From: Longimicrobiales bacterium
GTDB lineage: Bacteria; Gemmatimonadota; Gemmatimonadetes; Longimicrobiales; Gaopeijiaceae
Length of the DNA stretch: 64,000 nt
NCBI GenBank assembly: GCA_965198065.1
Contig: CBDAON010000004.1
Coordinates: forward strand, 1,536,001-1,600,000
Reading direction: 5' to 3'
The notes under the pieces: model-generated
Databases searched by the model: none
The model's input: only the letters and a program-made list of their open reading frames with translations
What the model was told of the DNA's origin: nothing
Position numbers and translations under genes: made by a program
Part shown: positions 39,143 through 49,201 of the stretch, piece after piece
Numbering within the stretch: position 1 is the first letter of the stretch
How the letters are laid out: every line of letters starts with the position of its first letter

Positions 39143-40458
39143 ACCCGGCCCCGGAGCCCGCCGATCCCGGCTCAGTTCTCGAGCGCGTGCGCGAGGTCCT
39201 GGGGGCGGGCGCGGCGGTCGTGGAGGGGGGCCCGGTGACCGCGACTCCACGCTCGGACGAGGAAACCGCCGCACTACTCCGCGCGGCCCGCGAGCGGCAG
39301 TGGCGGGTGCTTCCCCGGGGAGCGGGGATCGGTTGGGAGACGCTCGGGGGTGCTCCGGACCTGATCGTCTCGACCCTCGGGATGTCGGGGCTCCTCGAGC
39401 ACGGGCCGGCCGACCTGATCTGCCGAAGCCGGGCCGGCCTTACGCTGTCCGCCCTCCAGGACGACCTCGCCGCCGAGCGGCAGTGGCTCGCCCTGGATCC
39501 GCCCGGCGGGCCGGGGATCACACTGGGAGGCATCGTCGCCACCGGGGCAGCGGGCCCCCTCCAGCTCCAGTACGGGCGCCCCCGAGACCAGCTCCTGGGG
39601 ATCACTCTCGTGGATGGGGAGGGCCGGATCCTCCGCCTGGGCGGTCGGGTCGTCAAGAACGTGGCGGGGTTCGACCTCGTTCGACTCACGACGGGCAGCC
39701 GGGGGACGATAGGGGTGATCACGGAGGTGACGTTCCGGGTGTACCCCCTGCCGGAAGAGGACCGGACCCTCGTCTGGTCTTGGGAGGAGCTCGAGGAAGC
39801 CTGGACGATGGGACGGAAGCTCGCGAACCTCCCGCTGCCGCTCGCCGCGGCCGAGCTCGTCGGCGGCATCTGGGCGCCGCCGCTGGACGACTCGGGGTAC
39901 CGCGTGATGATCCGGATCACAGGGTCTAAGACGGCTGTTGAGCGGATCTTCGACGTCTTCATGGACGAGTTGGGGCATCCCCTTCGGGAGCTCAAGGGAG
40001 ATGCGTCCCGGACGGCCGCGCGGGTGCTGTCGGAGGGGGACGGCATGGCTGCCGCCTCGTTCCGCGCGCACACGCTCCCGTCGCGGGGACGTGGGCTCCT
40101 CCAGCCCCTGGCCAGCCTGCCCCTCGAGAGGTGGGCACTCCACCTGAGCTCCGGGACGTTTCGCGGGACGCTCCACACCGCGTCCGCCGCCGACGTGTCG
40201 TCGGCGGGTGACGCGGCATCGGTGGGCCGGTCATCCACGGGCGACGCCGGCTGGGTAGAGGACACGATCCGGGCTCTGCGCGGGCCCTTGAACCACGCGG
40301 GCGGCACCCTGCGCTTGCGGAACGCGGCCGGGCTCGCCTCGGGGGTCGAGCGCACCGCCGCCAAACGCCTCGCTTCGAGGATCGTGCGCGGGTTCGATCC
40401 CGCAGGCACTCTGCCCGGCCGGTGGGGGGGCGGGACGCTGACGCGGGAGGCGGATTGA
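39139..40458 (+). CDS. glcE: FAD-binding glycolate oxidase subunit GlcE-like
   Basis: LALDPP..TLGG..YGRPRD..GGRVVKNVAGFDL; coupled to glcD (GTGA overlap). Confidence 0.85.
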   Translation: MNPAPEPADPGSVLERVREVLGAGAAVVEGGPVTATPRSDEETAALLRAARERQWRVLPRGAGIGWETLGGAPDLIVSTLGMSGLLEHGPADLICRSRAGLTLSALQDDLAAERQWLALDPPGGPGITLGGIVATGAAGPLQLQYGRPRDQLLGITLVDGEGRILRLGGRVVKNVAGFDLVRLTTGSRGTIGVITEVTFRVYPLPEEDRTLVWSWEELEEAWTMGRKLANLPLPLAAAELVGGIWAPPLDDSGYRVMIRITGSKTAVERIFDVFMDELGHPLRELKGDASRTAARVLSEGDGMAAASFRAHTLPSRGRGLLQPLASLPLERWALHLSSGTFRGTLHTASAADVSSAGDAASVGRSSTGDAGWVEDTIRALRGPLNHAGGTLRLRNAAGLASGVERTAAKRLASRIVRGFDPAGTLPGRWGGGTLTREAD

Positions 40459-41903
40459 GCGGGGGAAGCGCGGCTCGGGAAGGGCTCCGCACTGCGCTGG
40501 CGGCTCATCACGACCGCCTCTCGAACTGCGTGCACTGTGGGTTCTGCCTTCCTGCGTGTCCCACCTACGTGCGGCTTCACGACGAGGCAGACTCGCCCCG
40601 CGGGAGGCTCTATCTCATGGGCGCTGTCGTGGAGGGGAGACTCGATCCCGCGTCGGACGCGTTCCAGCGGCACATTGACCGCTGCCTGGGATGCCGCGCG
40701 TGCGAGACGGTCTGTCCCTCCGGCGTCGAGTACGGGTTCCTGTTCGAGCGGGCGAGGGGGGTGGCCGCGACGGCCCGGGAGCCATCCGCCTTCGCCCGCG
40801 CCCTGCTCGGCGCCATCGCGCGGCCAGCCCTGTTCCGGGTCTGGATGGGAGCGAGCCGCTTCCTCCGGTGGACTCGCGTTCCCTCGATCCTGGCCCGGCT
40901 GTTGCCGATCAGGGGTCCTGCGGCCACGCTCCGCTTCGGCATGGCGATGCTCGGCGCATCGGGGCCGTGGCGCCCCCCGGGGAACGGACGGGGGAGAGGC
41001 CGATCGGTTGCGGTCGCGAAGGAGGCGAGACGCACCACCGGGACGACAACGACCATGTCGGCCGGGCCGGCAGACGCTGACGCAACGGTCGAGGAGCGGG
41101 GCCGCGTCGCGTTCCTCGACGGATGCGTCCAGGCCCACTTGTTCCGGCGCGTGAACGAGGCCACCGCCCGGGTCCTTGCGATCAACGGCTGGGAGGTCGT
41201 CCACGTCCCCGGCCAGGGATGCTGCGGCGCGCTGCATGCCCACGGTGGGCGTCTTTCCGAGGCAGGCGAGATGGCTCGCCGGAACGTGAGAGCCTTTCGT
41301 ACCTCGGGCGTGGACTGGGTCGTCGCGAACGCCGCAGGGTGTGGAGCCACCATGCGGGAGTACGGTCACCTCGTGGGGGCCGAAGATGGCGAGGCTCCGG
41401 CCGAGGGCGGCGGATCGCACCCGGCGGGCGGCGTCCGGGGGGAGGACGGTGCGGCGTCCCGATGGTTCGCCGAGCGAGTTCGGGACGTCTCGGAGATCTT
41501 AGCTGGCGACGGGCGATCGGCGCGGCTCGGTGGGCCGCTTCCCGTTCGGGTCGCGTACGATCCGCCCTGCCACCTGCTCCACGGCCAGCGGGTGCGGACG
41601 CCTCCGCTCGCGCTCCTGGCCTCCATTCCAGAGCTCACCGTGATCCCCGTCCCAAACGGGGACGAGTGCTGCGGTGGTGCGGGGATCTACGGGATCACCC
41701 ATCCGGATCTGGGCGGCCGCATCGGCCGAGACAAGGTCACGGCCGTGCTCGAGACGGGCGCCGAGGTGCTGGCTACGGGGAACCCCGGTTGCGCAATGCA
41801 GATCGGGGCGGGGCTTCGCATGAGAGGATCCCGAGTGCAGGTTGCCCACCCCGTGGAGATTCTGGACGAGAGCTACCGGAGGGGAGGGTTATATGAGGAG
41901 TGA
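40455..41903 (+). CDS. glcF: Glycolate oxidase iron-sulfur subunit GlcF-like
   Basis: CVHCGFCLPACPTY, CLGCRACETVCPSG, two CCG domains. Confidence 0.9.
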   Translation: MSGGSAAREGLRTALAAHHDRLSNCVHCGFCLPACPTYVRLHDEADSPRGRLYLMGAVVEGRLDPASDAFQRHIDRCLGCRACETVCPSGVEYGFLFERARGVAATAREPSAFARALLGAIARPALFRVWMGASRFLRWTRVPSILARLLPIRGPAATLRFGMAMLGASGPWRPPGNGRGRGRSVAVAKEARRTTGTTTTMSAGPADADATVEERGRVAFLDGCVQAHLFRRVNEATARVLAINGWEVVHVPGQGCCGALHAHGGRLSEAGEMARRNVRAFRTSGVDWVVANAAGCGATMREYGHLVGAEDGEAPAEGGGSHPAGGVRGEDGAASRWFAERVRDVSEILAGDGRSARLGGPLPVRVAYDPPCHLLHGQRVRTPPLALLASIPELTVIPVPNGDECCGGAGIYGITHPDLGGRIGRDKVTAVLETGAEVLATGNPGCAMQIGAGLRMRGSRVQVAHPVEILDESYRRGGLYEE

Positions 41904-42571
41904 AGCTGAAAGGGAGCCTGCCGCGTCCGGCGGTGAGCTGAGACCAAGACGGGATCCCCCCGCTCCCCACGAGGGGGAGAAGCCGGGCGCAGCGTGGGTG
42001 GAGCTGGCGGTCGATCGGCCCGTCTGGGAGCGGTTCTTTCTTCCCTTCCCACTGGTGCTGATCGGGAGGAAGGAGGGCGAGGGCTTCGACCTCGCGCGGA
42101 AGCACGTGGCGATGCCGATCGGTTGGGAGAACCACTTCGACTTCGTGTGCACGCCCCGGCATGGGACCTATCACAACGTGAAGCGCGACGGCTCGTTCGC
42201 CGTGAGCTTCCCCCGGCCGAGCCAACTGGTCGTAGCCAGCCTCGCTGCCAAGGCCAGGGGACCATCCGGAAAAACGGGGCTCGAGTTTCTCCCCACGGAG
42301 CCGGCGCGGGCTGTCGAGGGGGTCCTCCTCAGCGATGCCTAGTCTACAAATGGAGTGCGAGCTGCACCGGGTCATCGACGGATTCGGGGTCGACAGCCTA
42401 GTCGTAGGTACGGTCATTGCCGCGCGGGTGAGGGCCGGTTCGCTCCGTGAGTCGGAAGCAGACGAGGCCGGCCTGCTGGAACGCTTCCCTCTCGTGTATC
42501 TGCACCCTGGGCGGTTCGCCGAGATCTCGGCCTCCAGGCCCTTCCCCTTTCCCGCGGATTTCCGTTTGTGA
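41893..42571 (+). pseudogene. Flavin reductase-like (DIM6/NTAB) protein, frameshifted
   Basis: PLVLIG..KHVAMPIGW..HGTYHNVKRDGSF in one frame; LQMECELHRVIDGFG..LVVG in the next; extra base near 42341. Confidence 0.7.
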
Positions 42572-42578
42572 CCGAGCC

Positions 42579-43820
42579 TTGGTGACGCACGGCACGGAAA
42601 CGAGGGGACCGGCAGGAGCGGAGGCTGGCCGGGCCACCCGGATCCTGGAGGCGGTCCGGGCGAGACGGGGCGAGTGGGTGAGCTACCTGACACGCCTCGC
42701 GGCTCTAGAGTCTCCTACAAGGGAGCCGGCTGCACAGAGACCCCTCCAGGACCTCCTCTCCAGACGCCTGAGGGAGCTGGACTTCAAGGTTCGCCGGATC
42801 GCGGGGAACTCCAGTGGGGGGATGATCGTGGCGGTCGCCACCCGCCGGCCGCGAACCTGCTTTCAGCTCCTCGTGGGGCATACCGACACCGTGTGGCCAC
42901 GCGGCACTCTCGAGACAATGCGGGTCGAGGTGGAGGGGTCGATCCTCCGGGGCCCGGGTGTCTTCGACATGAAGGCAGGGCTCGCGAACGTGGTCACTGC
43001 GCTCGGGGTCCTCAGGGACCTCGGCCTCGAGCCGGCAGTGGCTCCCGTGGTGCTGTTCAACTCGGACGAGGAGACGGGAAGCCGGGACTCGACCCGGCAC
43101 ATTAGGCGGATCGGGAGCCGGGCGTCCCGGGTCTTCGTGCTCGAGCCGGCCCTGGGGCTCGAGGGAAAGATCAAGACAGCCCGGAAGGGGACGGGTGGGT
43201 TCAGCATCCGGATTCTCGGTCGCAGCGCGCACGCTGGAATGGAGCCGGAGAGGGGAGCGAGCGCCATTCAGGAGCTGGCCCTTCTGGTTCAGAGCCTCCA
43301 CGAGATGACCGATCCGGCGCGCGGGATCGTTGTGAACGTCGGTGAGATCCAGGGCGGTGTCGGACCGAACGTGGTGGCGGACGAGGCCCGAGCCGAGGTG
43401 GACTTCCGGGTGGACTCGGTCGAGCAGGGGCTCTGGGTTGCCGAGCGGATCCGAAGGCTCGAGCCCCGCGTCCCGGGGTGCCGGCTGGAGATCCGTGGGG
43501 GAGTGGTAAAGCCGCCGCTCGAGCGAACGCAGGGGAATCGCAGGCTCTGGAGAGAGGCTCGTCGAGTCGCGCTGGCGATGGGACTCCAACTGGAGGAGGG
43601 CCGGTCGGGGGGCGCGTCCGACGGAAACACGACGAGCCTCAGGACCCCGACGCTGGACGGACTGGGGGCCGTCGGGGACGGGGCCCACGCGTTGCACGAG
43701 TACGTCGACATCGACAGGTCGCTCGATCGATGCGCGCTCCTCGCCGGCCTGCTTCTCCTTGCGCCGATGCACGGCGCCGATCCGGTGGACGACCTCGGTG
43801 GGCCCGGACACGATGTGTGA
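42579..43820 (+). CDS. M20 family peptidase (glutamate carboxypeptidase-like)
   Basis: GHTDTVW, GPGVFDMKAG, SDEETGS, AHAG, GGASDGN, GAHALHE. Confidence 0.9.
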   Translation: MVTHGTETRGPAGAEAGRATRILEAVRARRGEWVSYLTRLAALESPTREPAAQRPLQDLLSRRLRELDFKVRRIAGNSSGGMIVAVATRRPRTCFQLLVGHTDTVWPRGTLETMRVEVEGSILRGPGVFDMKAGLANVVTALGVLRDLGLEPAVAPVVLFNSDEETGSRDSTRHIRRIGSRASRVFVLEPALGLEGKIKTARKGTGGFSIRILGRSAHAGMEPERGASAIQELALLVQSLHEMTDPARGIVVNVGEIQGGVGPNVVADEARAEVDFRVDSVEQGLWVAERIRRLEPRVPGCRLEIRGGVVKPPLERTQGNRRLWREARRVALAMGLQLEEGRSGGASDGNTTSLRTPTLDGLGAVGDGAHALHEYVDIDRSLDRCALLAGLLLLAPMHGADPVDDLGGPGHDV

Positions 43821-44159
43821 CACGGCTCCGCTCGGTGAGCCTAGGCGCTTCGGACCGAACGAGAACTGGATCGAAAGCTCACTCACGCGCATCTGGCGGC
43901 CCAGCGGCCCAGCGGAGCGGCGATCACGGCGGAGCGTCTCGGAGGGGAGGGATGGGCGAGCGGGGATTACGTGCTGGCCGAGGTCATCGGTGATCCCGGG
44001 GGGCGGGGAGTCGAGCTGCCCAACGGACGTCTCGTGGAGTTGGCCGAGGGCGACCCTGTCATCGGTGCCCTGGGGAGTCGGTTTGCCCCGCTCGTGGCGA
44101 CGGGATCGTGGGAGGATGTCGGAGGCGACGGTCTGATGCATCTCCTCCGGTCGAAGTGA
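43813..44159 (+). pseudogene. DUF1611-like protein, N-terminal remnant
   Basis: SLTRI / GDYVLAEV..ELPNGRL..GD.VIGALG.R..GSW..G.DG.M across two frames, then truncated. Confidence 0.5.
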
Positions 44160-44166
44160 GGATGGC

Positions 44167-45285
44167 ATGAGAGTCCGCGGGGCGGAGCTCTCCGAGATCC
44201 GGCTCCCGCTGAGGGAGGCCTTCACCACGAGCAGGTCGGGGACGCGGCGCGGGCGGCGAGTCCTACTGGTGCGGGTGGTGGGGGAGGATGGGCTCGAGGG
44301 GTGGGGAGAGTGTGTGGCTGGAGAGGACCCGTCGTATTCGTACGAGACGACGGACACGGCCTGGGAGATCCTGACCCGCTTCCTTCTTCCCCACCTTCCG
44401 GGGCACGAGATCCCGGCTCCCGGGGACATCCTCGCGTCCTCAGGGTGGGTGCGCGGTCACCCGATGGCGAAGGCGGCCGTCGAGATGGCGGCCTGGGATC
44501 TTGAGGCCAAGGCACAGGGCGTGCCGCTCTGGGAGCTCCTGGGCGGCTCGGGCGAGCCAGTCCCCGTCGGCGTCGTCGTCGGGCTCGAGGCCGACGACGA
44601 CGCCCTCCTCTGCCGGGTGGAGGGCTACGTCTCGAGCGGGTATGCCCGAATCAAGCTCAAGATCGGCCCCGGGCGTGACGTCGGGATGGTTCGGGCCGTG
44701 CGCGATCGGTTTCCGGAGACGGCTCTGTCCGTGGACGGGAACGCCGCCTACTCGCTAGCGGACGAGGCCGTCTTCATCGAGCTGGACGAGCTGGGTTTGG
44801 TCATGATTGAGCAGCCGCTCGGCTCGGAGGACCTCCTCGACCACGCCCGGCTCCAGTCGCGGGTGCGCACGCCTGTGTGCCTCGACGAGTCGATCCGCTC
44901 GCCGGGCGACGCCGGGCTCGCGCTCGGGCTCGGCGCCTGCCGGATCGTGAACGTGAAGCCGGGGAGAGTTGGGGGGCACGCCTTGGCACGACAGGTCCAC
45001 GAGGTGTGCCGCGCCGTCGGAGCTCCGGTCTGGTGCGGGGGAATGCTCGAGACCGGAATCGGCCGTGCGCACAACCTGGCGCTCGCTACCCTTCCCGGCT
45101 TCACGCTCCCCGGGGACATCTCGGAATCGCGGCGCTATTGGACGCGGGACATCGTGACGCCGGAGCTCCGCATGGAGGAGGGCCGGATGGGGCCGACGTC
45201 CGCGCCGGGGATCGGGGTCGATCCGGATCGGGAACGGATCCTCGAGCTCACGGTTCGTGCGGCGAGCTTCGGATCGCTGGACTGA
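44167..45285 (+). CDS. menC: o-succinylbenzoate synthase / N-acylamino acid racemase (enolase superfamily)
   Basis: GWGE..PSYSYET, KLKIGPG, VDGN, IEQPL, CLDESI, NVKPGRVGG, WCGGMLETGIGRA. Confidence 0.85.
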   Translation: MRVRGAELSEIRLPLREAFTTSRSGTRRGRRVLLVRVVGEDGLEGWGECVAGEDPSYSYETTDTAWEILTRFLLPHLPGHEIPAPGDILASSGWVRGHPMAKAAVEMAAWDLEAKAQGVPLWELLGGSGEPVPVGVVVGLEADDDALLCRVEGYVSSGYARIKLKIGPGRDVGMVRAVRDRFPETALSVDGNAAYSLADEAVFIELDELGLVMIEQPLGSEDLLDHARLQSRVRTPVCLDESIRSPGDAGLALGLGACRIVNVKPGRVGGHALARQVHEVCRAVGAPVWCGGMLETGIGRAHNLALATLPGFTLPGDISESRRYWTRDIVTPELRMEEGRMGPTSAPGIGVDPDRERILELTVRAASFGSLD

Positions 45286-45344
45286 CCCCCGGATGCGGGA
45301 CCTCGGAGGAGCCGGCGAGGCTCCGTGGCGGCACGAGAGCCGCC

Positions 45345-45986
45345 TTACCTCTCCCAGTCGAAGGCGGGGGTCCGCGCCTGGAACCGCTGGATGGGCAGCC
45401 CCAGGACCCGGACGAAGATCCGCCTGAGCCCGCGTCCCAGGGCGCTCCCTACCTCCGCGTCCCGGTCCATCGATGGAGCGAGGTCACCTTGGAGCCACCG
45501 CTCCAGCTCCTCCAGGTCCGAGAGCGCGAGCGTCTCCACCTCCAAGCGGGCGAGGTAGTAGTACCGGCCGGGATCGACGGGCGCCAGGGGAATGCGAACG
45601 GATCGAGAGAGGAGCCCGTCAGCCTCTTCCAGGGATGCGGCTTGGGCGATCGCCCCCTCCGTGGTCTCGACCCGATAGCTGTCGGCCAGGGGGTCGTGCC
45701 GGATCGTGGCTCGCCACTCGTACCGGCTCACCTGTGCGTCGAAGAAGCGGTCGCGCCAGAGCTCTGCGACGAAGAGAAGCCGAACCGGGAGCCCGGTTTC
45801 GAGCGAGCCTCGAATCCGGGGGCCGAGGAGGATCCCCGCCAGGTCCACCTGTGCTGTCCCGTCTGAGCTTCCCACGGTCATCCGAAGGGGCGCGTCCCCT
45901 TGGGCGCGGAGCGAGCACGGCGTCGCCAGGAGCAGGAGGAGCGCCACGAGCCCGAGAGGACCCGTGAGGGGGGGCCGGTGCCTCAC
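45345..45986 (-). CDS. Exported protein, DUF4390-like
   Basis: Signal peptide; SLETGLPVRL.F..ELWR.R.FD..IRHDPL; neighbour of an NtrY/NtrX-like pair. Confidence 0.55.
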   Translation of the reverse strand: MRHRPPLTGPLGLVALLLLLATPCSLRAQGDAPLRMTVGSSDGTAQVDLAGILLGPRIRGSLETGLPVRLLFVAELWRDRFFDAQVSRYEWRATIRHDPLADSYRVETTEGAIAQAASLEEADGLLSRSVRIPLAPVDPGRYYYLARLEVETLALSDLEELERWLQGDLAPSMDRDAEVGSALGRGLRRIFVRVLGLPIQRFQARTPAFDWER

Positions 45987-45994
45987 GGATCCGA

Positions 45995-47731
45995 TCAGAG
46001 CCGCTGTTCGAGCCTGACGAAGAAGTTCAGGCCGCGATCGCGCTGGTTCAGCGGATACGACCAGTAGAGCCTGAGCGGCCCGACGAAGAGCCCCACCCCC
46101 ACGTCGGCGCGTGTGGGGCTGTCAACTCGGGCGAGCCCGCTCAGGATCGAGCCTCGAGACCACCCCCGGCCCGCATCGAAGAAGACGGACCAGACAGGCC
46201 GCAGATCGAGCAGGGTAGCGAGCTCCGAGCCCTCCCACTCCGCGGGCAACGGGCGCCAGGAGAACGGGAGGAACCCCTGGACCTCGGCCTGAAAGAGGAC
46301 CGTACGGTCACATCCATAGGCAGGGAGCACCTCCACCCGCCCGGTGCCCCCATCCGCGTCCGCGGAGCTCGCGACGTAACGGCCCTCACGCGCTCCGCAG
46401 TCGATCGCGTACCTCCGATGGCCCGGGAGGCTTCCCTCGCCTCCCAAAGCGGTCTGGAGCTGGGGGGGGAGCGGCCCGTCGGAGAGGTTTCCCCTGGCCG
46501 CGGCGCGCAGGATCAGGCGCACGGTGGGGCCGACACGGGCGTAGCGGCGGACGTCGATGGCCCCGTGGGTGAAGCGGGGAATCGGATCTCCCTCGACCAG
46601 CGGGGGGGAGGACCCGCCTTCGGGGGGTGCCGGGGCGGAGGGGGGGAGCCGGAGCTCGCCCCCGACCTGGCGGGTCACCTCCAGGGAAAGCAGCCAGCCG
46701 TCCGACGGCTGGACGGGATCGTTCTGGGAGTTCCATGAGAGTGAGGCCCCGGCGCTTCGGAGCGGTCCCGTAGCCGCGAGCGGCATCGGACTCCACTCCT
46801 CCTCTCCCTCCCGAAGGGCCCACGGGCCTCGAACGGGGGCGGTGTCGTGCTCCTCGTAGGAGTACGTGAACATGGCCTGGAGAGGCGCCCGCGCGGGACG
46901 GACCTCGAAGAAGGCGGCCCAGCCCCTGCGGTCGTAGTGGTCCCGCACGTCCCGCCGGAGGAGGAAGGTCGATAGCGACGCCTCCAGGTCGCCGAGCCCC
47001 TGGTCCTCGATCGGGCTCGTGTCGTCCCAGGCCTCGGCTCCGATGAAGAGGTTGCCGCCGCCACCGACCGCTTGCCGCAGTCGGAACCAATAGCCCAGCT
47101 CCTCGGACTTCACGTGCAGCCCGGAGACGGATCGCCAGATCGCGAACGTCTCGAGTGAGAGCGGATTCGATCCGCCTGTGCGGATCATGGGACCCACGTG
47201 CACGGGCAGCCCTTCCACCCGGTTGTACGCGGCGGCCGCGCGGAGCCCCAGTCGGGCCTGCCCGAACCCCAGGTCGGCCAAGAGGAATCCGGACGGCAGG
47301 GCGTCATCCGGGCGCGCCTCGATCCGGCCCTCCTGGACGCGGTAGCTCAGGGGCGTGGTGTACATGCGGACGGCGCCGATCACCGCGGCCTGGTCCTCGC
47401 CGGAGAGCGCCCCTCCGACCACCAGCACGTTGCCCTCCACCCGCGCGCTCGGCGAGAGCCCGAGGTCACCGTTCACGACGAGGAGCGAGCCGGCGACGGT
47501 CCCGGCAACCTGAATGGATCCCGCGAGCACGGCGATGTCGCCGTCGATGCGGGATCCGGCCGGCACCCTCGCGGCACCCGAGAGGCGGAGCACGTCGGGC
47601 CCATTCAGGATGTCCAGAACTTCCTGGAGGACCTGCGGGGGGAGCGGCCCCTCGACGGCGGCAACCTGCCCCTGGATGGGCCGGGCCGCGAGGAAGAGCA
47701 GGAGAGAGGCGGCGACGGCGCGAGAGGACAC
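45995..47731 (-). CDS. Outer-membrane beta-barrel (Omp85/TamA-like) with N-terminal bactofilin-like repeats
   Basis: Signal peptide, G-D/V-G-G beta-helix repeats, YNRVEGL, C-terminal FFDAGRGW..DVGVG..FFVRLEQRL. Confidence 0.6.
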   Translation of the reverse strand: MSSRAVAASLLLFLAARPIQGQVAAVEGPLPPQVLQEVLDILNGPDVLRLSGAARVPAGSRIDGDIAVLAGSIQVAGTVAGSLLVVNGDLGLSPSARVEGNVLVVGGALSGEDQAAVIGAVRMYTTPLSYRVQEGRIEARPDDALPSGFLLADLGFGQARLGLRAAAAYNRVEGLPVHVGPMIRTGGSNPLSLETFAIWRSVSGLHVKSEELGYWFRLRQAVGGGGNLFIGAEAWDDTSPIEDQGLGDLEASLSTFLLRRDVRDHYDRRGWAAFFEVRPARAPLQAMFTYSYEEHDTAPVRGPWALREGEEEWSPMPLAATGPLRSAGASLSWNSQNDPVQPSDGWLLSLEVTRQVGGELRLPPSAPAPPEGGSSPPLVEGDPIPRFTHGAIDVRRYARVGPTVRLILRAAARGNLSDGPLPPQLQTALGGEGSLPGHRRYAIDCGAREGRYVASSADADGGTGRVEVLPAYGCDRTVLFQAEVQGFLPFSWRPLPAEWEGSELATLLDLRPVWSVFFDAGRGWSRGSILSGLARVDSPTRADVGVGLFVGPLRLYWSYPLNQRDRGLNFFVRLEQRL

Positions 47732-47839
47732 GACTGGCCTCCGGACTGCGGTGAGCGCGCTAACGCGTGAGCGAGTGTACCAGATTAGCTACGGAAGCGC
47801 TGCGTGTGTACGGTGCTCCGGGCCTCACAGGATCTCCAC

Positions 47840-49201
47840 CTAGTCCCGCGCTCGGATCCCCAACCGCCTCAGGCGGCGGTAGAGGTTGGCGCGGTCGGTC
47901 CGGAGCCTGCGGGCGGCCTCGGCCACGTTTCCGCTTGAGGCGTCGAGGGCGTCTCGGATCAGGCCGGCCTCGAATTCGTCCAGTCGGTCGGTCAGGGACC
48001 CGGTCTCCCTGGAGGGCCTCGGGGCTGGCGGGGCGCTCGTCTTGGTGGTGTCGAGGGTGCGGCGGATGCCCCCGGCTTCCACGGGGCGCCCTGCGTGGAG
48101 GATCGAGAGGCGCTCGAGAAGGTTGATGAGCTCGCGGACGTTTCCCGGCCAGGAGTGAGCCGCGAGCTCCGCGACCGCTGCCTCGGTGAGCTCGGGGGGG
48201 GTGAGGCCGTCTCTTTGTCGCAGCCGCTGCCCGATGTGGTCCACGAGGAGCGGCAGGTCCTCGGGCCGCTCCCTGAGTGGCGGCATCCGAAGGGGAACGA
48301 CGTCGAGTCGGAAGAGGAGGTCCTCCCGGAACCGCCCCGACCCGACGTCGGCGGGGAGGTCCCGGTTCGTGGCGGCGATCACCCTCACGTCCACCCGGAT
48401 CGGATCTCGTCCGCCGAGCCGCTCGAGCGCTCCGCTCTCGAGCACGCGAAGGAGCTTTCCCTGGGCCTCCGCGCCGAGATCCCCCACCTCGTCTAGGAAC
48501 AGCGTTCCCCGGTGCGCCAGCTCGAAGCGCCCGAGGCGCCGCGACGTGGCCCCCGTGAAGGCTCCCCGCTCGTGCCCGAACATCTCGCTCTCCACCAGGT
48601 CCCTCGGGATCGCCGCGCTGTTCACGCGCACGAACGGGCCGCCCGCCCTGGCCGACAACTCGTGTATCGCGGTGGCGGCGAGCTCCTTTCCCGTCCCGCT
48701 CTCGCCGACGATCAGGACGCGCGCCTCCGTCGGAGCCACCTTGGCGATCGTGTCGCGGACGCTCCGCATGGCGGGGCTGGACCCGACCAGGAGCTCGCCG
48801 GGGGCGGTCTCGTCCCGTAGGACCCGGGAGAGGGCCCGGGCGCGGCTCACCTCGAGGGCGCCCCGGAGGGTCACGAGGAGGGCTTCGGCCGAGAGGGGCT
48901 TCTCGAGGAAGTGGAACGCCCCCTCGCGGGTGGCTCGGACGGCGTGGGCCAGGGTGGCCTCGCCACTCATCATCACGATGGGTGTGCCCGGGAGCGCGTC
49001 CCTGAACCGGGGGAGGCTCTCGAGCCCCGAGGCTCCCGGGAGGACCAGGTCCAGCAGCACCGCCTCGGGGCGATGCTCCGCGAGAAGGCTAAGGCCCTTC
49101 TCGGCGCTTCCCGCCTCGACGACCGCGAACCCATTTTCCTCGAGGAGCGACCGGACCATCCGCCGGAGGTTCGCCTCGTCGTCGACGACCAGAATCTTCA
49201 C
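47840..49201 (-). CDS. Sigma54-dependent response regulator (NtrC/NtrX family)
   Basis: ILVVDDE receiver, GESGTGKE, GAFTGA, LFLDEVG, WPGNVREL, C-terminal Fis HTH; GTG start overlaps the kinase stop. Confidence 0.93.
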   Translation of the reverse strand: MKILVVDDEANLRRMVRSLLEENGFAVVEAGSAEKGLSLLAEHRPEAVLLDLVLPGASGLESLPRFRDALPGTPIVMMSGEATLAHAVRATREGAFHFLEKPLSAEALLVTLRGALEVSRARALSRVLRDETAPGELLVGSSPAMRSVRDTIAKVAPTEARVLIVGESGTGKELAATAIHELSARAGGPFVRVNSAAIPRDLVESEMFGHERGAFTGATSRRLGRFELAHRGTLFLDEVGDLGAEAQGKLLRVLESGALERLGGRDPIRVDVRVIAATNRDLPADVGSGRFREDLLFRLDVVPLRMPPLRERPEDLPLLVDHIGQRLRQRDGLTPPELTEAAVAELAAHSWPGNVRELINLLERLSILHAGRPVEAGGIRRTLDTTKTSAPPAPRPSRETGSLTDRLDEFEAGLIRDALDASSGNVAEAARRLRTDRANLYRRLRRLGIRARD

